A stretch of 64,000 bases of DNA, taken from the NCBI GenBank assembly GCA_964584255.1, contig CAZOZM010000001.1, positions 147,282 to 211,281 of the forward strand. Reading direction: 5' to 3'. Each line of letters begins with the position of its first letter. Position 1 is the stretch's first letter. The notes under the pieces were generated by a model that made no database searches, had not been told where the DNA came from, and was given only the letters and a program-made list of their open reading frames with translations. Source of the DNA: an uncultured Lachnoclostridium sp. (GTDB lineage: Bacteria; Bacillota; Clostridia; Lachnospirales; Lachnospiraceae). A program made the position numbers and the translations under genes. Below are positions 47,290 to 57,839 of the stretch, piece after piece.

Positions 47290-48459
47290 TCACAGTTTTT
47301 TTACATAAAATCCCGGGGATGACTCCTTAATATAGCCCTTTGTATTAAGGCTCATTATTGTCTGTAAAACCTCAAAGTATGTCATTCCGCTTTTTTCGAC
47401 CAACTCATCCATATGAATCGGTTCAAAACTTAGCAAAGCATACAATATAATTTCATCTTTTTCAAGTGTCAAATCTTTAATTTTTTGACAATTTTCAGAA
47501 AATTCACCGACACAGTCAAATTTGAAAGCGTACTGTTCATCCTTTCCTTTTATAATCTGTTGATTATCAGATAACTCAAATGCTGCAAGAATTTCTTCCG
47601 GGCTTAAGACTATTCCCGCTCCCGTCCTAGCCATTTCAAGACATCCCTCACTTAATTCATCACCTATTCTTCCAGGTATAACATACACATCCTTTCCCTG
47701 TTCCAAAGCGTTGTCAACCGTTATCATGGTTCCACTCTTCTTTTTTGCCTCAACCACAAGAAGAACATCTGCAAATCCGGATATCAGTCTGTTTCTTTCA
47801 GGAAAATGATTCTTTGCACCGGGTGTTCCCAGATAGTATTCTGTTACAACACCACCTTTTTCACTCATTTCGTGATACAAGTCCCCATTTTGTGCCGGAT
47901 AAATAACATCCGGTCCCGTCCCCAAAACTCCCAAGGTATATGCACCTGCACTAAGAGCCGCACGATGAGAAAATCCATCTATGCCATATGCAAGACCGCT
48001 TATAATCTGGCATCCGGATTTTCCAAGTTTTCCTGAAAACTCTTCTGCAATCGTTTTACCATATCCTGAACATTTTCGTGCTCCAATAACGGCAATCGAA
48101 GGTTTTTTCGGATTTGGAAGTCTTCCTTTATAAAACAGTCCTATCGGTGGATTATAGAGATTTTTCAGTTTTTCCGGAAAATCTTTGTCATAAAAACTTA
48201 CATATGTAACATTATTCCTGTGAAGCTGATTCATTATCACGTCCGGGTCAAACCCTTTCCTGCTTCTGTTTATCTCCGATTTTACCCGCTCACTAAATGC
48301 TGTCTTCTCTAAAGTTTCATATTTCACGTTAAAAATCTCATATGGGCTGCCAAAAAACCTCAAAAGTTTAAATTTATCAGATAGTTCCAAAGCCGCTATG
48401 GAAGACAGCCATAAGGCATATTCAAAATCATTCATCATATCATATAAATCCGTTATCAC
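47290..48459 (-). CDS. dprA: DNA-processing protein DprA
   Basis: Rossmann-like core GLAYGIDGFSHRAAL ... PERNRLISG; GTG start. Confidence 0.9.
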   Translation of the reverse strand: MITDLYDMMNDFEYALWLSSIAALELSDKFKLLRFFGSPYEIFNVKYETLEKTAFSERVKSEINRSRKGFDPDVIMNQLHRNNVTYVSFYDKDFPEKLKNLYNPPIGLFYKGRLPNPKKPSIAVIGARKCSGYGKTIAEEFSGKLGKSGCQIISGLAYGIDGFSHRAALSAGAYTLGVLGTGPDVIYPAQNGDLYHEMSEKGGVVTEYYLGTPGAKNHFPERNRLISGFADVLLVVEAKKKSGTMITVDNALEQGKDVYVIPGRIGDELSEGCLEMARTGAGIVLSPEEILAAFELSDNQQIIKGKDEQYAFKFDCVGEFSENCQKIKDLTLEKDEIILYALLSFEPIHMDELVEKSGMTYFEVLQTIMSLNTKGYIKESSPGFYVKKL

Positions 48460-48547
48460 TCACTGTGATAACGTTTTCTCTCCTTCCTCCTGTTTCCCGT
48501 AAAATCTAAATATTTTGCAATCATTTGCACATTCCATCACATTATAT

Positions 48548-50059
48548 TCAAACTTCATATAAGGAATCTATTCGGTACATTAATGCTTCCATCACATGTC
48601 TGTCCTGAATTTCTTCGCACCCTTCCAGGTCTGCAATTGTCCTGGATGTTTTTAATATCCGATAATAACTTCTGGCACTTATATCTTTTCTTGAAAAAGT
48701 CTCTCTTAAAAGTGCCTTTGATGAAGGTTTTATTCTGCAAAACTCTTCAGTCTCTTTGGAATTTAATCTGGAATTATACTTGTTTTCTATCTTTTCATAC
48801 CGTTTTTCCTGCATATCCCTTGCTCTTTTAATTCTTTTATAAATTGAAGCGGAAGATTCCGATTTATTCTTTGAATCCATTTCTTCGAATTTTATTGGCG
48901 TAACATTCACCATAAGATCTATTCTGTCCAATATCGGCTGACTGATTTTTGACAAATATCTTTTTATCTGTGTTTGTGTGCAGCGGCATTTCTTCATATC
49001 AGGATAGTATCCGCACGGACACCTGTTCATTGCTGCAACCAGAGTAAAATCAGCCGGATACTCTGTTGATCCATTTATTCTGTTTATTGTTATCTTATGA
49101 TTTTCCAACGGCTGTCTCATAATTTCAATTACATCACGATTAAATTCAGGAAATTCATCCATGAACAAAATTCCAAAATCAGCATAGCTGATTTCTCCGG
49201 GTTTTGGTACCCTTCCACCTCCGGCCAAAGCAATCTTTGTTATCGAATGATGTGGTTCCCGAAAAGGTCTTACCGTAACCAGCCCTCCGTTTCCCAGTTT
49301 TCCTGCAGAAGAATAGATGCGTGTCAGTTGAATCTGCTCCTTGTATGACAATGGCGGCATTATTCCCGGTATCCGCTTTGCAATCATACTTTTTCCTGCC
49401 CCCGGTGGTCCACAAAGTAACAGATTATGAAAACCGGCAGCGGTTATCTCAGCTGCTCTTTTCGCCGCATACTGTCCTTTTACTTCAGAGAAATCATCAA
49501 CCTTTTCGATATTTATTCCTTCTTTTTTTTCAAACGAATACTGATCATAACCACCATTAAAATATGAAACCGCCTCCTGCAAAGAGGCGACCGGAATAAT
49601 ATCCATTCCTTCCACAACTTTTGCTTCATTCAGGTTCTCTACCGGAATCATAATCTTTTTGAATCCTTTTTCCATCATATCAATGACGTAAGAAATAACT
49701 CCATTTACCGGAGAAACTTCACCATTCAGTTTCAGTTCTCCCAAGATACATAAACCTTCCAGCCTATCCTGTGATATTACACTTTCACAAACCAGCATAC
49801 CTATTGCAATGGCAAGATCATATTGTGTTCCGCTTTTCCTTATGTCTGCCGGCGAAAGATTAACCGTTATTTTCTTTGTACTGAATTCATACCCCGAATT
49901 TTTAATGGCAATACGTACTCTTTCCCTGGCTTCTTTTACTTCTGAGGTCAGATAACCCACCATTTCCATTCCCGGCAGCCCGTTGCTGACATCCGTTTCT
50001 ATTCTTATAGGTACGGCATCTATACCATCCAACATTGCACTATAACTAATACTCAACAT
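48548..50059 (-). CDS. comM: YifB/ComM family Mg-chelatase-like AAA+ ATPase
   Basis: GGAGG RBS before Met26. The longer ORF would run through the nrdR terminator. Lon-like N-domain; Walker A GPPGAGKSM; ILFMDEFPEF. Confidence 0.9.
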   Translation of the reverse strand: MLSISYSAMLDGIDAVPIRIETDVSNGLPGMEMVGYLTSEVKEARERVRIAIKNSGYEFSTKKITVNLSPADIRKSGTQYDLAIAIGMLVCESVISQDRLEGLCILGELKLNGEVSPVNGVISYVIDMMEKGFKKIMIPVENLNEAKVVEGMDIIPVASLQEAVSYFNGGYDQYSFEKKEGINIEKVDDFSEVKGQYAAKRAAEITAAGFHNLLLCGPPGAGKSMIAKRIPGIMPPLSYKEQIQLTRIYSSAGKLGNGGLVTVRPFREPHHSITKIALAGGGRVPKPGEISYADFGILFMDEFPEFNRDVIEIMRQPLENHKITINRINGSTEYPADFTLVAAMNRCPCGYYPDMKKCRCTQTQIKRYLSKISQPILDRIDLMVNVTPIKFEEMDSKNKSESSASIYKRIKRARDMQEKRYEKIENKYNSRLNSKETEEFCRIKPSSKALLRETFSRKDISARSYYRILKTSRTIADLEGCEEIQDRHVMEALMYRIDSLYEV

Positions 50060-50123
50060 TACATATACCTCCGTTCGTTTTATGATACATGAAGGCATAG
50101 CCGGATTTCCATTGTCATAAAAT

Positions 50124-50157
50124 AAAAAAAGCACTCTTCATTTCATGAAAAGTGCTT
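50124..50157 (-). terminator. Probable terminator after nrdR
   Basis: Minus strand shows an AAGCACT ... AGTGCTT stem followed by T7; the stem is imperfect internally. Confidence 0.5.
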
Positions 50158-50240
50158 AAATTTAAAAATTTATTTCTGAATATAAAATGTCACAATGTAA
50201 CAAAAAATCAAATCCAAAATGTACAATCTGACATATTATT

Positions 50241-50699
50241 TTACTGTGAAGGAGAAAGCATTGTTCTGAGCTCGTCCATAAATGTATTCACATCCTTAAA
50301 TTCTCTGTAAACGGATGCAAATCTTACATAAGCAACATCGTCAACCTCTTTGAGCTTATCCATTACTATCTCACCGATTACACTGCTCTTAATCTCTCTC
50401 TCTTCAAGATTGAAAATAGCAGTTTCTACCTGATCAACAAGCTTAGTAATCTGTTCTACTGATATCGGTCTCTTATGACATGCCCTGAAAATACCATTTT
50501 CAATCTTGCTTCTGTCATAGGACTCCCTTATATTGTCTTTTTTTATGATAACAAGCGGAAGAGACTCGATTTTTTCATACGTTGTAAATCTTTTGTTACA
50601 CAAATCACACTGTCTTCTTCTTCTGATTGACGCATTGTCATCAGCAGGTCTTGAATCAATTACCTTTGTATTATCATCACCACAAAACGGACACTTCAT
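50241..50699 (-). CDS. nrdR: Transcriptional repressor NrdR
   Basis: Zinc ribbon MKCPFCG...CDLCNKRF, then an ATP-cone. Confidence 0.95.
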   Translation of the reverse strand: MKCPFCGDDNTKVIDSRPADDNASIRRRRQCDLCNKRFTTYEKIESLPLVIIKKDNIRESYDRSKIENGIFRACHKRPISVEQITKLVDQVETAIFNLEEREIKSSVIGEIVMDKLKEVDDVAYVRFASVYREFKDVNTFMDELRTMLSPSQ

Positions 50700-50732
50700 A
50701 ACTCCCTCCAAATGTATAAATTTATTTGTCGG

Positions 50733-51380
50733 CTATATTAAGGAAGCAATATCTATATTATCTCCACTTATGCCAATTACCGCTCCCTGCTCAACTTCTG
50801 ACGCATCCTTATGTGCGATCAGCCATTTATTTGAAGCAAAGAGCTTCCTGTCTTCATCATTTTTTATTTCTATTACAGGCTTTTCATAGTTTGTTCCTTT
50901 TGGAAGAACAATAACCACCTTAAAGCTTTCGCCTTTTTTTGCTGAACATGGTGCATAATGTAAAGTTGTAGCATAGAGTTCCACAGCCGTTCCTGCCGGA
51001 CAAAAGAATGCTTCAACCATTGATGAATCAAGCATCTTTCCATTTGCCTGACTCTGCTGTTCTGCAAGTAAAAGAATGCAATCCGTTCCCGCAATGTCTA
51101 TCTCACTGTCCCTGTGATATTCCAGGCAGTTTAACTTTGTATTATATCCATTACAGTAACCAATCTGAATAGGCATGCCACCATAAACATTTTCGGAAAG
51201 TTCCTTGAACGATACCGTATTTTCAAGGCAGCTTTCGGCTGGAACATATACTACCGAATCTGATGGTGCAGGAGTTTTTTCTTCCAACTCCTGTAAAAGT
51301 TTTCCAAAATCATGCCCCGTTACAATTCTTCCATACTTTAAAAAAGATTCATCCGTAACTTTTTTTATCGCCAATCCCAT
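50733..51380 (-). CDS. Cupin-like hypothetical protein (DUF4867-like by recollection)
   Basis: GGAGG RBS before Met7; 215 aa, soluble; the N-terminal KKVTDESFLKYGRIV resembles ureidoglycolate-lyase-fold proteins. The family call is tentative. Confidence 0.45.
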   Translation of the reverse strand: MGLAIKKVTDESFLKYGRIVTGHDFGKLLQELEEKTPAPSDSVVYVPAESCLENTVSFKELSENVYGGMPIQIGYCNGYNTKLNCLEYHRDSEIDIAGTDCILLLAEQQSQANGKMLDSSMVEAFFCPAGTAVELYATTLHYAPCSAKKGESFKVVIVLPKGTNYEKPVIEIKNDEDRKLFASNKWLIAHKDASEVEQGAVIGISGDNIDIASLI

Positions 51381-51722
51381 AACGACCTCCATAATCATAT
51401 CTTATATACCAAACACTTTTACTCTAACTCTTTTCATCTGAGAAAAAAATTGTATGAATAAAAGATTATATACTTGGTATTTAGTATATCATAATACTTT
51501 TTTTCTTTCAACCTCACATACATTTTTTGTCGAAAAGATGGGCAGTTTTCAGCATATTATGCGAAGACACTGTATTTATCATATTTTTTGACAATTGAAC
51601 TTTGCTCTTTTTTCTTAACCGGATTTATTTCGTCTGATTACGGTTTTACAAACAGAGTTAAAACATGACTGTAATAAGTTTAAAAAATATCTGATATTTA
51701 GTCTAAAAAAACTCTTCCAGCC

Positions 51723-51751
51723 TTGTAAAGCATGAACCGTTATTGTATAAT
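51723..51751 (+). promoter_or_regulatory. Putative pyrBI promoter
   Basis: TTGTAA - 17 nt - TATAAT, about 90 nt upstream of pyrB. Confidence 0.45.
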
Positions 51752-51844
51752 ATCAGACGGTATTCTGACATTTCATTATAATGCTTTAAATGTTATTCTA
51801 CCCGCAACAAATACAATACAGATATGCTTATATGGAGGTATTTT

Positions 51845-52771
51845 ATGAGACACTTACTGAGTCCACTGGATTTTTCCATTGAAGAGGTTGAACATACTCT
51901 TAAATTAGCTCATGACATAATGCTTAATCCTGAAAAGTATGCTCATGTTTGTGACGGTAAAAAAATCGCAACATTGTTTTATGAGCCAAGTACAAGAACA
52001 AGATTAAGTTTCGAAGCTGCCATGATAAATCTTGGAGGAAAAGCACTTGGTTTTCAATCAGCAGATTCATCATCGGCATCAAAAGGAGAAAGTGTTGCTG
52101 ATACAATCCGTGTAATATCCTGTTATGCGGATATCTGTGCAATGAGACATCCTAAAGAAGGTGCTCCTTTAGTAGCATCCCAATATTCCGGTATTCCTGT
52201 AATCAATGCAGGTGACGGCGGTCACAATCATCCTACACAGACATTTACCGATTTGTTTACAATCAAAACATTAAAAGGCCGTCTTGATAACCTCACCATT
52301 GGTCTTTGCGGTGACTTAAAATTCGGACGTACCGTTCACTCTCTCATCAATGCGATGAAGAGATATGCGAATGTAAGATTTGTTCTCATTTCTCCTGAAG
52401 AGTTAAGAATACCTCAGTATCTCAGAGATACCCTGACAAAAGAAAATTACGATTTTACCGAAGTAAGAAATCTTGAGGATGTTATCGGGGAACTTGATGT
52501 ACTTTACATGACCAGAGTTCAAAAAGAAAGATTCTTTAATGAAGAGGAATACATCAGACTTAAGAACAGCTTTATTCTTGACAGCAAAAAAATGTCATTT
52601 GCAAAAGATGATTGTTACATTCTTCATCCTCTTCCACGAGTAAATGAAATTGCCGTGGAAATAGATAATGATCCGAGAGCCGCATACTTCAAGCAGGTTC
52701 AGAATGGTGTATATGTCCGTATGGCATTAATCATGATTCTTCTCGGTCTTGATAAGGACTTTGATTTATAG
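51845..52771 (+). CDS. pyrB: Aspartate carbamoyltransferase catalytic subunit
   Basis: GGAGG RBS before Met8; STRTR, HPTQ and HPLPR motifs. Confidence 0.95.
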   Translation: MRHLLSPLDFSIEEVEHTLKLAHDIMLNPEKYAHVCDGKKIATLFYEPSTRTRLSFEAAMINLGGKALGFQSADSSSASKGESVADTIRVISCYADICAMRHPKEGAPLVASQYSGIPVINAGDGGHNHPTQTFTDLFTIKTLKGRLDNLTIGLCGDLKFGRTVHSLINAMKRYANVRFVLISPEELRIPQYLRDTLTKENYDFTEVRNLEDVIGELDVLYMTRVQKERFFNEEEYIRLKNSFILDSKKMSFAKDDCYILHPLPRVNEIAVEIDNDPRAAYFKQVQNGVYVRMALIMILLGLDKDFDL

Positions 52772-52781
52772 GAGGTAAAAT

Positions 52782-53219
52782 ATGCTTAATATAGGCGGTT
52801 TATCAGAAGGCGTTGTAATTGACCACATTAAAGCCGGCGGCGCTATGAAAATATACAATTATCTTGAAATGGATAAGTGGGATACTCAGATTGCGATAAT
52901 AAAAAATGCAACAAGTAAAAAAATGGGTCGAAAAGACATAATCAAAATCGAAGGACCTGTTAACGATAAACTTGATATGCTTGGTGTTATTGATCCGTCA
53001 ATAACTTTCAACATAATAAAGGATAATGCCATTGTTGAAAAAAGAAAGGTAAGCATTCCTGAGGAAGTTGTCAATATTATTCATTGCCAGAATCCAAGAT
53101 GTATAACATCCATTGAGCAGGAACTTCCTCACATCTTCAAACTTACCGATAAAGAAAATAAAGTTTACAGATGTGTTTACTGTGAGCAGAAATATAAAGA
53201 AAGAAAATACAACAGTTAA
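52782..53219 (+). CDS. pyrI: Aspartate carbamoyltransferase regulatory subunit
   Basis: 145 aa; C-terminal zinc domain CQNPRC ... CVYC. Confidence 0.93.
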   Translation: MLNIGGLSEGVVIDHIKAGGAMKIYNYLEMDKWDTQIAIIKNATSKKMGRKDIIKIEGPVNDKLDMLGVIDPSITFNIIKDNAIVEKRKVSIPEEVVNIIHCQNPRCITSIEQELPHIFKLTDKENKVYRCVYCEQKYKERKYNS

Positions 53220-53222
53220 AAG

Positions 53223-53262
53223 AACCCCCTCTTAGTTCATACCAAGAGGGGGTTTTCTTTTT
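53223..53262. terminator. Bidirectional terminator (pyrI / ABC operon)
   Basis: AACCCCCTCTT / AAGAGGGGGTT stem with T-runs in both orientations. Confidence 0.75.
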
Positions 53263-54235
53263 AAGGTCGTTCTATAATAATCCTACCGTCTTCCAAATAA
53301 ATTTTTACCTTATTTCCTTCAATTCCGGCGGATTCAAGAATCTCACGAGGTATTTGCAGTCTGCCTACTCTATCGAGAATTGCATATTCTTCGTGTGTTG
53401 CCGACGTATCGTTTTCAACAGACAGTGCTTCAACATTATCCGTATGAATTTCTGAATTATCAGTTTTTTTCGCTACACGCTCACTGCTTGTTTTCCCATC
53501 CCTTACCATAATTACCCTGTTTACTTTATTTGCAAGATTAACATCATGGGTAACTATTACTATTGTTGTTCCAAGCTCTTCATTAAGCTTTCTGAAAACA
53601 TCAAGTATCTGGTCTGAAGTTTTTTGATCAACTGATCCCGTCGGTTCATCAGCCAATAACAGTTTCGGATTGTTTGCCAAGGCAATTGCAATCGCGATTC
53701 GCTGCTGTTCTCCTCCGGAAAGCTGATTTAATTTTGAATTCATACGATGACTCATGCCAACCATTTCAAGAAGCATTTTTGCACGCTCTTCCTTAGCCTC
53801 TTTTTTGTTACCATTAAATAACATTGGCAGCATGACATTTTCAAGCGCCGTCAGGTATGGAAAAAGGTTTCTCGCATTGTTCTGCCATACAAAGCCTACC
53901 GTTTCCTGTTTATACTTTACATACTCTTTTTCGTTTAATTTAAACAAATCTTTACCGTCAACATAAAGTTTTCCTGCTGACGGTCTGTCCAAGCCCCCTA
54001 TCATATTCAAAAAGGTTGACTTTCCCGAACCTGAACTTCCTATGATTGCAACAAGCTCACCTTTGTTTATTTTTAGTTCAAGTCCCTGAAGCGCAAGGAC
54101 TTCCGTATCTGCTGTCTTATAAATCTTTACAAGATTCTCACATAAAATCATGACGTCATCATTCAGATAATCTTCCAGTTCTTTATCTGTTGATGCTGTA
54201 TATGCAGACATAAATGAATTTTTTTCTTTATCCAT
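53261..54235 (-). CDS. ABC transporter ATP-binding protein (MacB/LolD-type NBD) with a C-terminal extra domain of about 90 aa
   Basis: GSSGSGKST, LSGGEQQR, LLADEPTG and THD motifs; the tail ends in GRLQIPREILESAGIEGNKVKIYLEDGRIIIERP. Confidence 0.9.
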   Translation of the reverse strand: MDKEKNSFMSAYTASTDKELEDYLNDDVMILCENLVKIYKTADTEVLALQGLELKINKGELVAIIGSSGSGKSTFLNMIGGLDRPSAGKLYVDGKDLFKLNEKEYVKYKQETVGFVWQNNARNLFPYLTALENVMLPMLFNGNKKEAKEERAKMLLEMVGMSHRMNSKLNQLSGGEQQRIAIAIALANNPKLLLADEPTGSVDQKTSDQILDVFRKLNEELGTTIVIVTHDVNLANKVNRVIMVRDGKTSSERVAKKTDNSEIHTDNVEALSVENDTSATHEEYAILDRVGRLQIPREILESAGIEGNKVKIYLEDGRIIIERP

Positions 54236-54282
54236 ATTTACCTCAATTCCACGAAAAATATTTCTGATTTACGATATGTCTG

Positions 54283-54987
54283 TTATTCATTTTCCGCTTT
54301 AGACATATTATCGGTGAAATTAACTATTTCACCATCAAGGATTTCATATACATAATCTCCGAACTCCATCATTTTCGGATCATGTGTCGTCATGACAATT
54401 GTTAGTTTCTCTTTTTTTATAAGCTCTTTAAAGAGACTGATTACTTTTAAACTTGTATAAGAATCCAACTCACCTGTCGGTTCGTCAGCGAATATAACCT
54501 TTGGCCGGTGAGCAAGTGCCCTGGCAATTGCCACTCTCTGCTGTTCACCACCGGATAATTCTTCCGGCATATGTGTTGCTCTTTTTGAGAGATTAACCAT
54601 TGCAAGACATTCGGATGTTCTTTCCTTCCAATCCTCCTTATATTCCGATAACCTGAGAGCATATTCAATATTCTGATATGCATTCATTACAGGAATAAGA
54701 GCAACGGACTGAAATATAAATCCCAATTCCTCTCTTCTGATTTTTTCAAGCTTATTATAGTCATAATCTGTAATATCCGTACCGTTAAAAACCAGCTGAC
54801 CATCTGTCTGTTTATCAAGGCACCCTATAATATTCAATAAAGTCGTCTTTCCGGAACCCGAACGCCCCTTAAATATGGTCAATGCTCCCTCGGGGATTTT
54901 AATATCAATCCCCTTGAGCGCATAAAAATCATTGCCTGCAACTTTAAAACTTCTTTTAATGCCTTTTGTTTCAATAATATAATTCAT
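54283..54987 (-). CDS. ABC transporter ATP-binding protein (MacB-type NBD)
   Basis: AAGGAGA RBS before Met3; GRSGSGKTT, LSGGEQQR, IFADEPTGELD. Confidence 0.9.
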   Translation of the reverse strand: MNYIIETKGIKRSFKVAGNDFYALKGIDIKIPEGALTIFKGRSGSGKTTLLNIIGCLDKQTDGQLVFNGTDITDYDYNKLEKIRREELGFIFQSVALIPVMNAYQNIEYALRLSEYKEDWKERTSECLAMVNLSKRATHMPEELSGGEQQRVAIARALAHRPKVIFADEPTGELDSYTSLKVISLFKELIKKEKLTIVMTTHDPKMMEFGDYVYEILDGEIVNFTDNMSKAENE

Positions 54988-54998
54988 ATGCAATCTCC

Positions 54999-57830
54999 TT
55001 AATCCTCACCAAGCTTTAATGCCTGGGCAATCTTCATGGAAGAAAGAATTCTTGCAAGCAGGAAGAAACAAATGGCAAGCATGGCAACAACACATATTGC
55101 TATTCTTATCATATCTCCTGCCCCTGTTATTACCTCAGACGGTAAAGCAGAATATGTAGGTGAATACGCTAACTGGATTAATGGTACAAAAAGTTTTGCC
55201 GAAAAGATACCGATAAAAACGCCGTACAAAATTGGAAGAACTGAGCCGAAAAGGTGTTCACAGACGAGCATATGAATAATTTCCTTCATTGACATACCCA
55301 TTGCTCTGTAAATTCCAAAGATTAATTCTCTTGATTTAATGGATGTTATCCAATAAATCAGGAATCCGATCATACTTAAAATCAGAATTACGACAAAAGT
55401 TATGGTAAGCATTCCGCTTGTAACCTGGAAAAACGGTTCTTCCTTAATCTGATCACTCAATACCGTTGCATCAACAAATTTTGTATATGAGAGACCGTTA
55501 TTTTCAGCAAAATCATATACAGGCTGTGTTTCATCGCAATTTATCCAAATTTCATATGGTTCAATGCCATATGTTTTCCTTGCTGTTTCCATATTGCATA
55601 CAACAAGATAATGTTCAAGATAGTCCATTGAGCCATCTGCCGTTTTACCATATACCTTGGATTCATATCCCGGCCACACTTCAACAATTGCAGCAACGTT
55701 CAGCTTTAACTGGCTCATTGACGAACCTAATTCATCTGTACGATAAACAGTAAAAGTGTCTCCTACTGATAATCCCGCCACATCGGCATAATTTTTTGAA
55801 ATTACGGCTCCATACGGATCCTTTGCAATTTCATTAAGATAATTATACCAATGAATCTCCGTTACATCATCCGGCATATATGCAGTCAAGCCGAATTCAT
55901 CAGTAGTTATTGCCATAAATGTAGCTGACCTTTTAAGTATATCCGTTCCGCTTGAAACACCGGCCGAGGTATCATATATAACCTTTGTATATGCATTAAT
56001 CGAACCTTCCAATTCTCTGTAAATAGTGTCATCCGGTTCTTCATATACAATCGGCGGTTCTCTATATCCTGCCCTTATTGCGGAAATATTACTTTTCCAT
56101 GTCTGCTTTAATGTGAGCACCGCTCCGTTATCATAATAAATCCGGCTTTCTTCATTATCATTTATTGAACGTGCCGTTGTTGCATTAAAGATTCCCAGGG
56201 CAAGTGTAAGTACAAGGAAAACTATTATAAATCCCTGTTTTCTTATTGATTTATTTATTTGCATGAAAGCAGCATATGTAGCCGGTTTCCATTTTTTCAT
56301 TCCTATTCTGTATATCAGAGACAATAATAGCGGAACAAATCTTAAGAGAATCAATGCTCCAGACAGAATAAATACCGTTGATGAAAAATACAATAACGGG
56401 TCCAATGCCCCTCCGTTATTTATTTTTTCGATTATTGCGTCCTTTTGATTTGAAAACTGATACAATCCGTACAGCGAAACAAGCAAAAGAATGAAATCTA
56501 ACCAGACTTTCTGCCACAACGGCTTTTTCTTTTTCTTCTTGTTTGTTTTCTGCTCAACTATACTAAAATTTGCATATTTAAAAACAGGAAGTGTCATGAT
56601 AATAATGGCGGCAAGTGCTGCAATTATTGCATAAATAACGGACGTCAGTGTAAAATGTACTTCCAGTGTACTTCTTACCGAAAACTCAAGGAAGGATTTT
56701 GTCTGGCCGAAAATTACACAAAACAGATATCCCAGCGGCAATCCGATTACTATTCCTGCCAGAGAAATTATGGTTCCCTGAAGAAGATATGACAGAATCA
56801 TCTGCTTCCTGCTTACTCCACGGCTCTTAAGCATTGCAATTTCACTCTGTTCGACAGATATAATCTGGTTCGATACCATAAAAATGAAAACACATAAGAG
56901 AATAAGTACAGGTATTTGGAAAATCCACATACTTATTACAACCTTGGTAGAACCTCCCCTATATGTGGAAATCGATTCCTCATATGGAAATTCATACTGG
57001 TACAGACCGTTATTCTTTGAATCCTCTCTGATTATATTGTCTGCTGCAATAAAATCATTTAATTCAGATGTCTTTATTGTGCGATAGTCAAAAATCGAAT
57101 AATATTCAGCATCGACAGACATAATCATTCCGTCACCCGTCATAAATATATTCTTAAATGCCGTATCACTTATAAAAAGAGTTCCATCATAATCTAAAGG
57201 ATCATTAATCCAATACAAATCGTTATCCTTATTAGAACCAAAAACACCGGTAACTTTTAATTTAATAGGTTTGTTGTCCTTATCAGTAAGTTCGGTAGTG
57301 ATCACATCACCGATAAGTATTTTACTGCTTGTAAGAACACTTTCACTTATTATACATTCATAAATACCATCCTGCGGTTCTTCCGAATACATATCACCGT
57401 ATATAATATTTACATGTTCACCCATGTCAGACATATTTGAAATGGAAACATTGCATCTGTCCTGATTTTCGCGAAGCTGCTCAAAATAACAGGCAAGAAC
57501 CGGAGTTTCAAAATATCTTATATTATACAAGGACTCATGACTGTACATAGAGCCAAGTTTTTCTGCGGCCTCATATGGTTCAGGAAAAACCTCCGAGGAG
57601 TACAGTTTAAAACGTGAATCAGAAAGAGTTCCGTAAACCTTAACATAAGACGGATATTTATTACTCTCCGTCATTTGTTCCTCAAGCTGATCCGTAAGCA
57701 TTTTTTGAAGTGCCGCTGAAGTATACATCGGATTACAACATGCTATTGCTATGAGTAAAAATGTTCCTATCAAAAGGCAGGATATCAGCCACTTCTTGTT
57801 TAATATCTTCTGAGTTATAAATCTAAACAT
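54999..57830 (-). CDS. Fused double FtsX/MacB-type ABC permease (943 aa)
   Basis: Two repeats of TM, an extracytoplasmic domain of about 260 aa, and a 3-TM FtsX bundle, joined by a KKKKKK linker and extra TMs. AAGGAGG RBS. Confidence 0.85.
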   Translation of the reverse strand: MFRFITQKILNKKWLISCLLIGTFLLIAIACCNPMYTSAALQKMLTDQLEEQMTESNKYPSYVKVYGTLSDSRFKLYSSEVFPEPYEAAEKLGSMYSHESLYNIRYFETPVLACYFEQLRENQDRCNVSISNMSDMGEHVNIIYGDMYSEEPQDGIYECIISESVLTSSKILIGDVITTELTDKDNKPIKLKVTGVFGSNKDNDLYWINDPLDYDGTLFISDTAFKNIFMTGDGMIMSVDAEYYSIFDYRTIKTSELNDFIAADNIIREDSKNNGLYQYEFPYEESISTYRGGSTKVVISMWIFQIPVLILLCVFIFMVSNQIISVEQSEIAMLKSRGVSRKQMILSYLLQGTIISLAGIVIGLPLGYLFCVIFGQTKSFLEFSVRSTLEVHFTLTSVIYAIIAALAAIIIMTLPVFKYANFSIVEQKTNKKKKKKPLWQKVWLDFILLLVSLYGLYQFSNQKDAIIEKINNGGALDPLLYFSSTVFILSGALILLRFVPLLLSLIYRIGMKKWKPATYAAFMQINKSIRKQGFIIVFLVLTLALGIFNATTARSINDNEESRIYYDNGAVLTLKQTWKSNISAIRAGYREPPIVYEEPDDTIYRELEGSINAYTKVIYDTSAGVSSGTDILKRSATFMAITTDEFGLTAYMPDDVTEIHWYNYLNEIAKDPYGAVISKNYADVAGLSVGDTFTVYRTDELGSSMSQLKLNVAAIVEVWPGYESKVYGKTADGSMDYLEHYLVVCNMETARKTYGIEPYEIWINCDETQPVYDFAENNGLSYTKFVDATVLSDQIKEEPFFQVTSGMLTITFVVILILSMIGFLIYWITSIKSRELIFGIYRAMGMSMKEIIHMLVCEHLFGSVLPILYGVFIGIFSAKLFVPLIQLAYSPTYSALPSEVITGAGDMIRIAICVVAMLAICFFLLARILSSMKIAQALKLGED

Positions 57831-57839
57831 ATGGCCTCC

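Noticed and set aside
50060-50134. Longer N-terminal extensions proposed by the ORF track for comM. The same applies to pyrH, polY, rpsB, codY, topA, ispG, nrdR, pyrB, phoH and the FAD protein.
   Set aside because: In each case an internal ATG is preceded by a GGAGG-type RBS and restores the canonical N-terminus. The comM extension would also run through the nrdR terminator.
51455-51592. 45-codon ORF (MNKRLYTWYLVYHN...) in the pyrB upstream gap.
   Set aside because: It has no convincing RBS and an AT-driven composition. Nothing suggests that it is translated.
51700-51844. PyrR-dependent attenuator in the pyrB leader.
   Set aside because: The TCTTCCAGCCTTG stretch overlaps the -35 region and does not match the PyrR loop consensus. 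No terminator hairpin with a T-run precedes pyrB.
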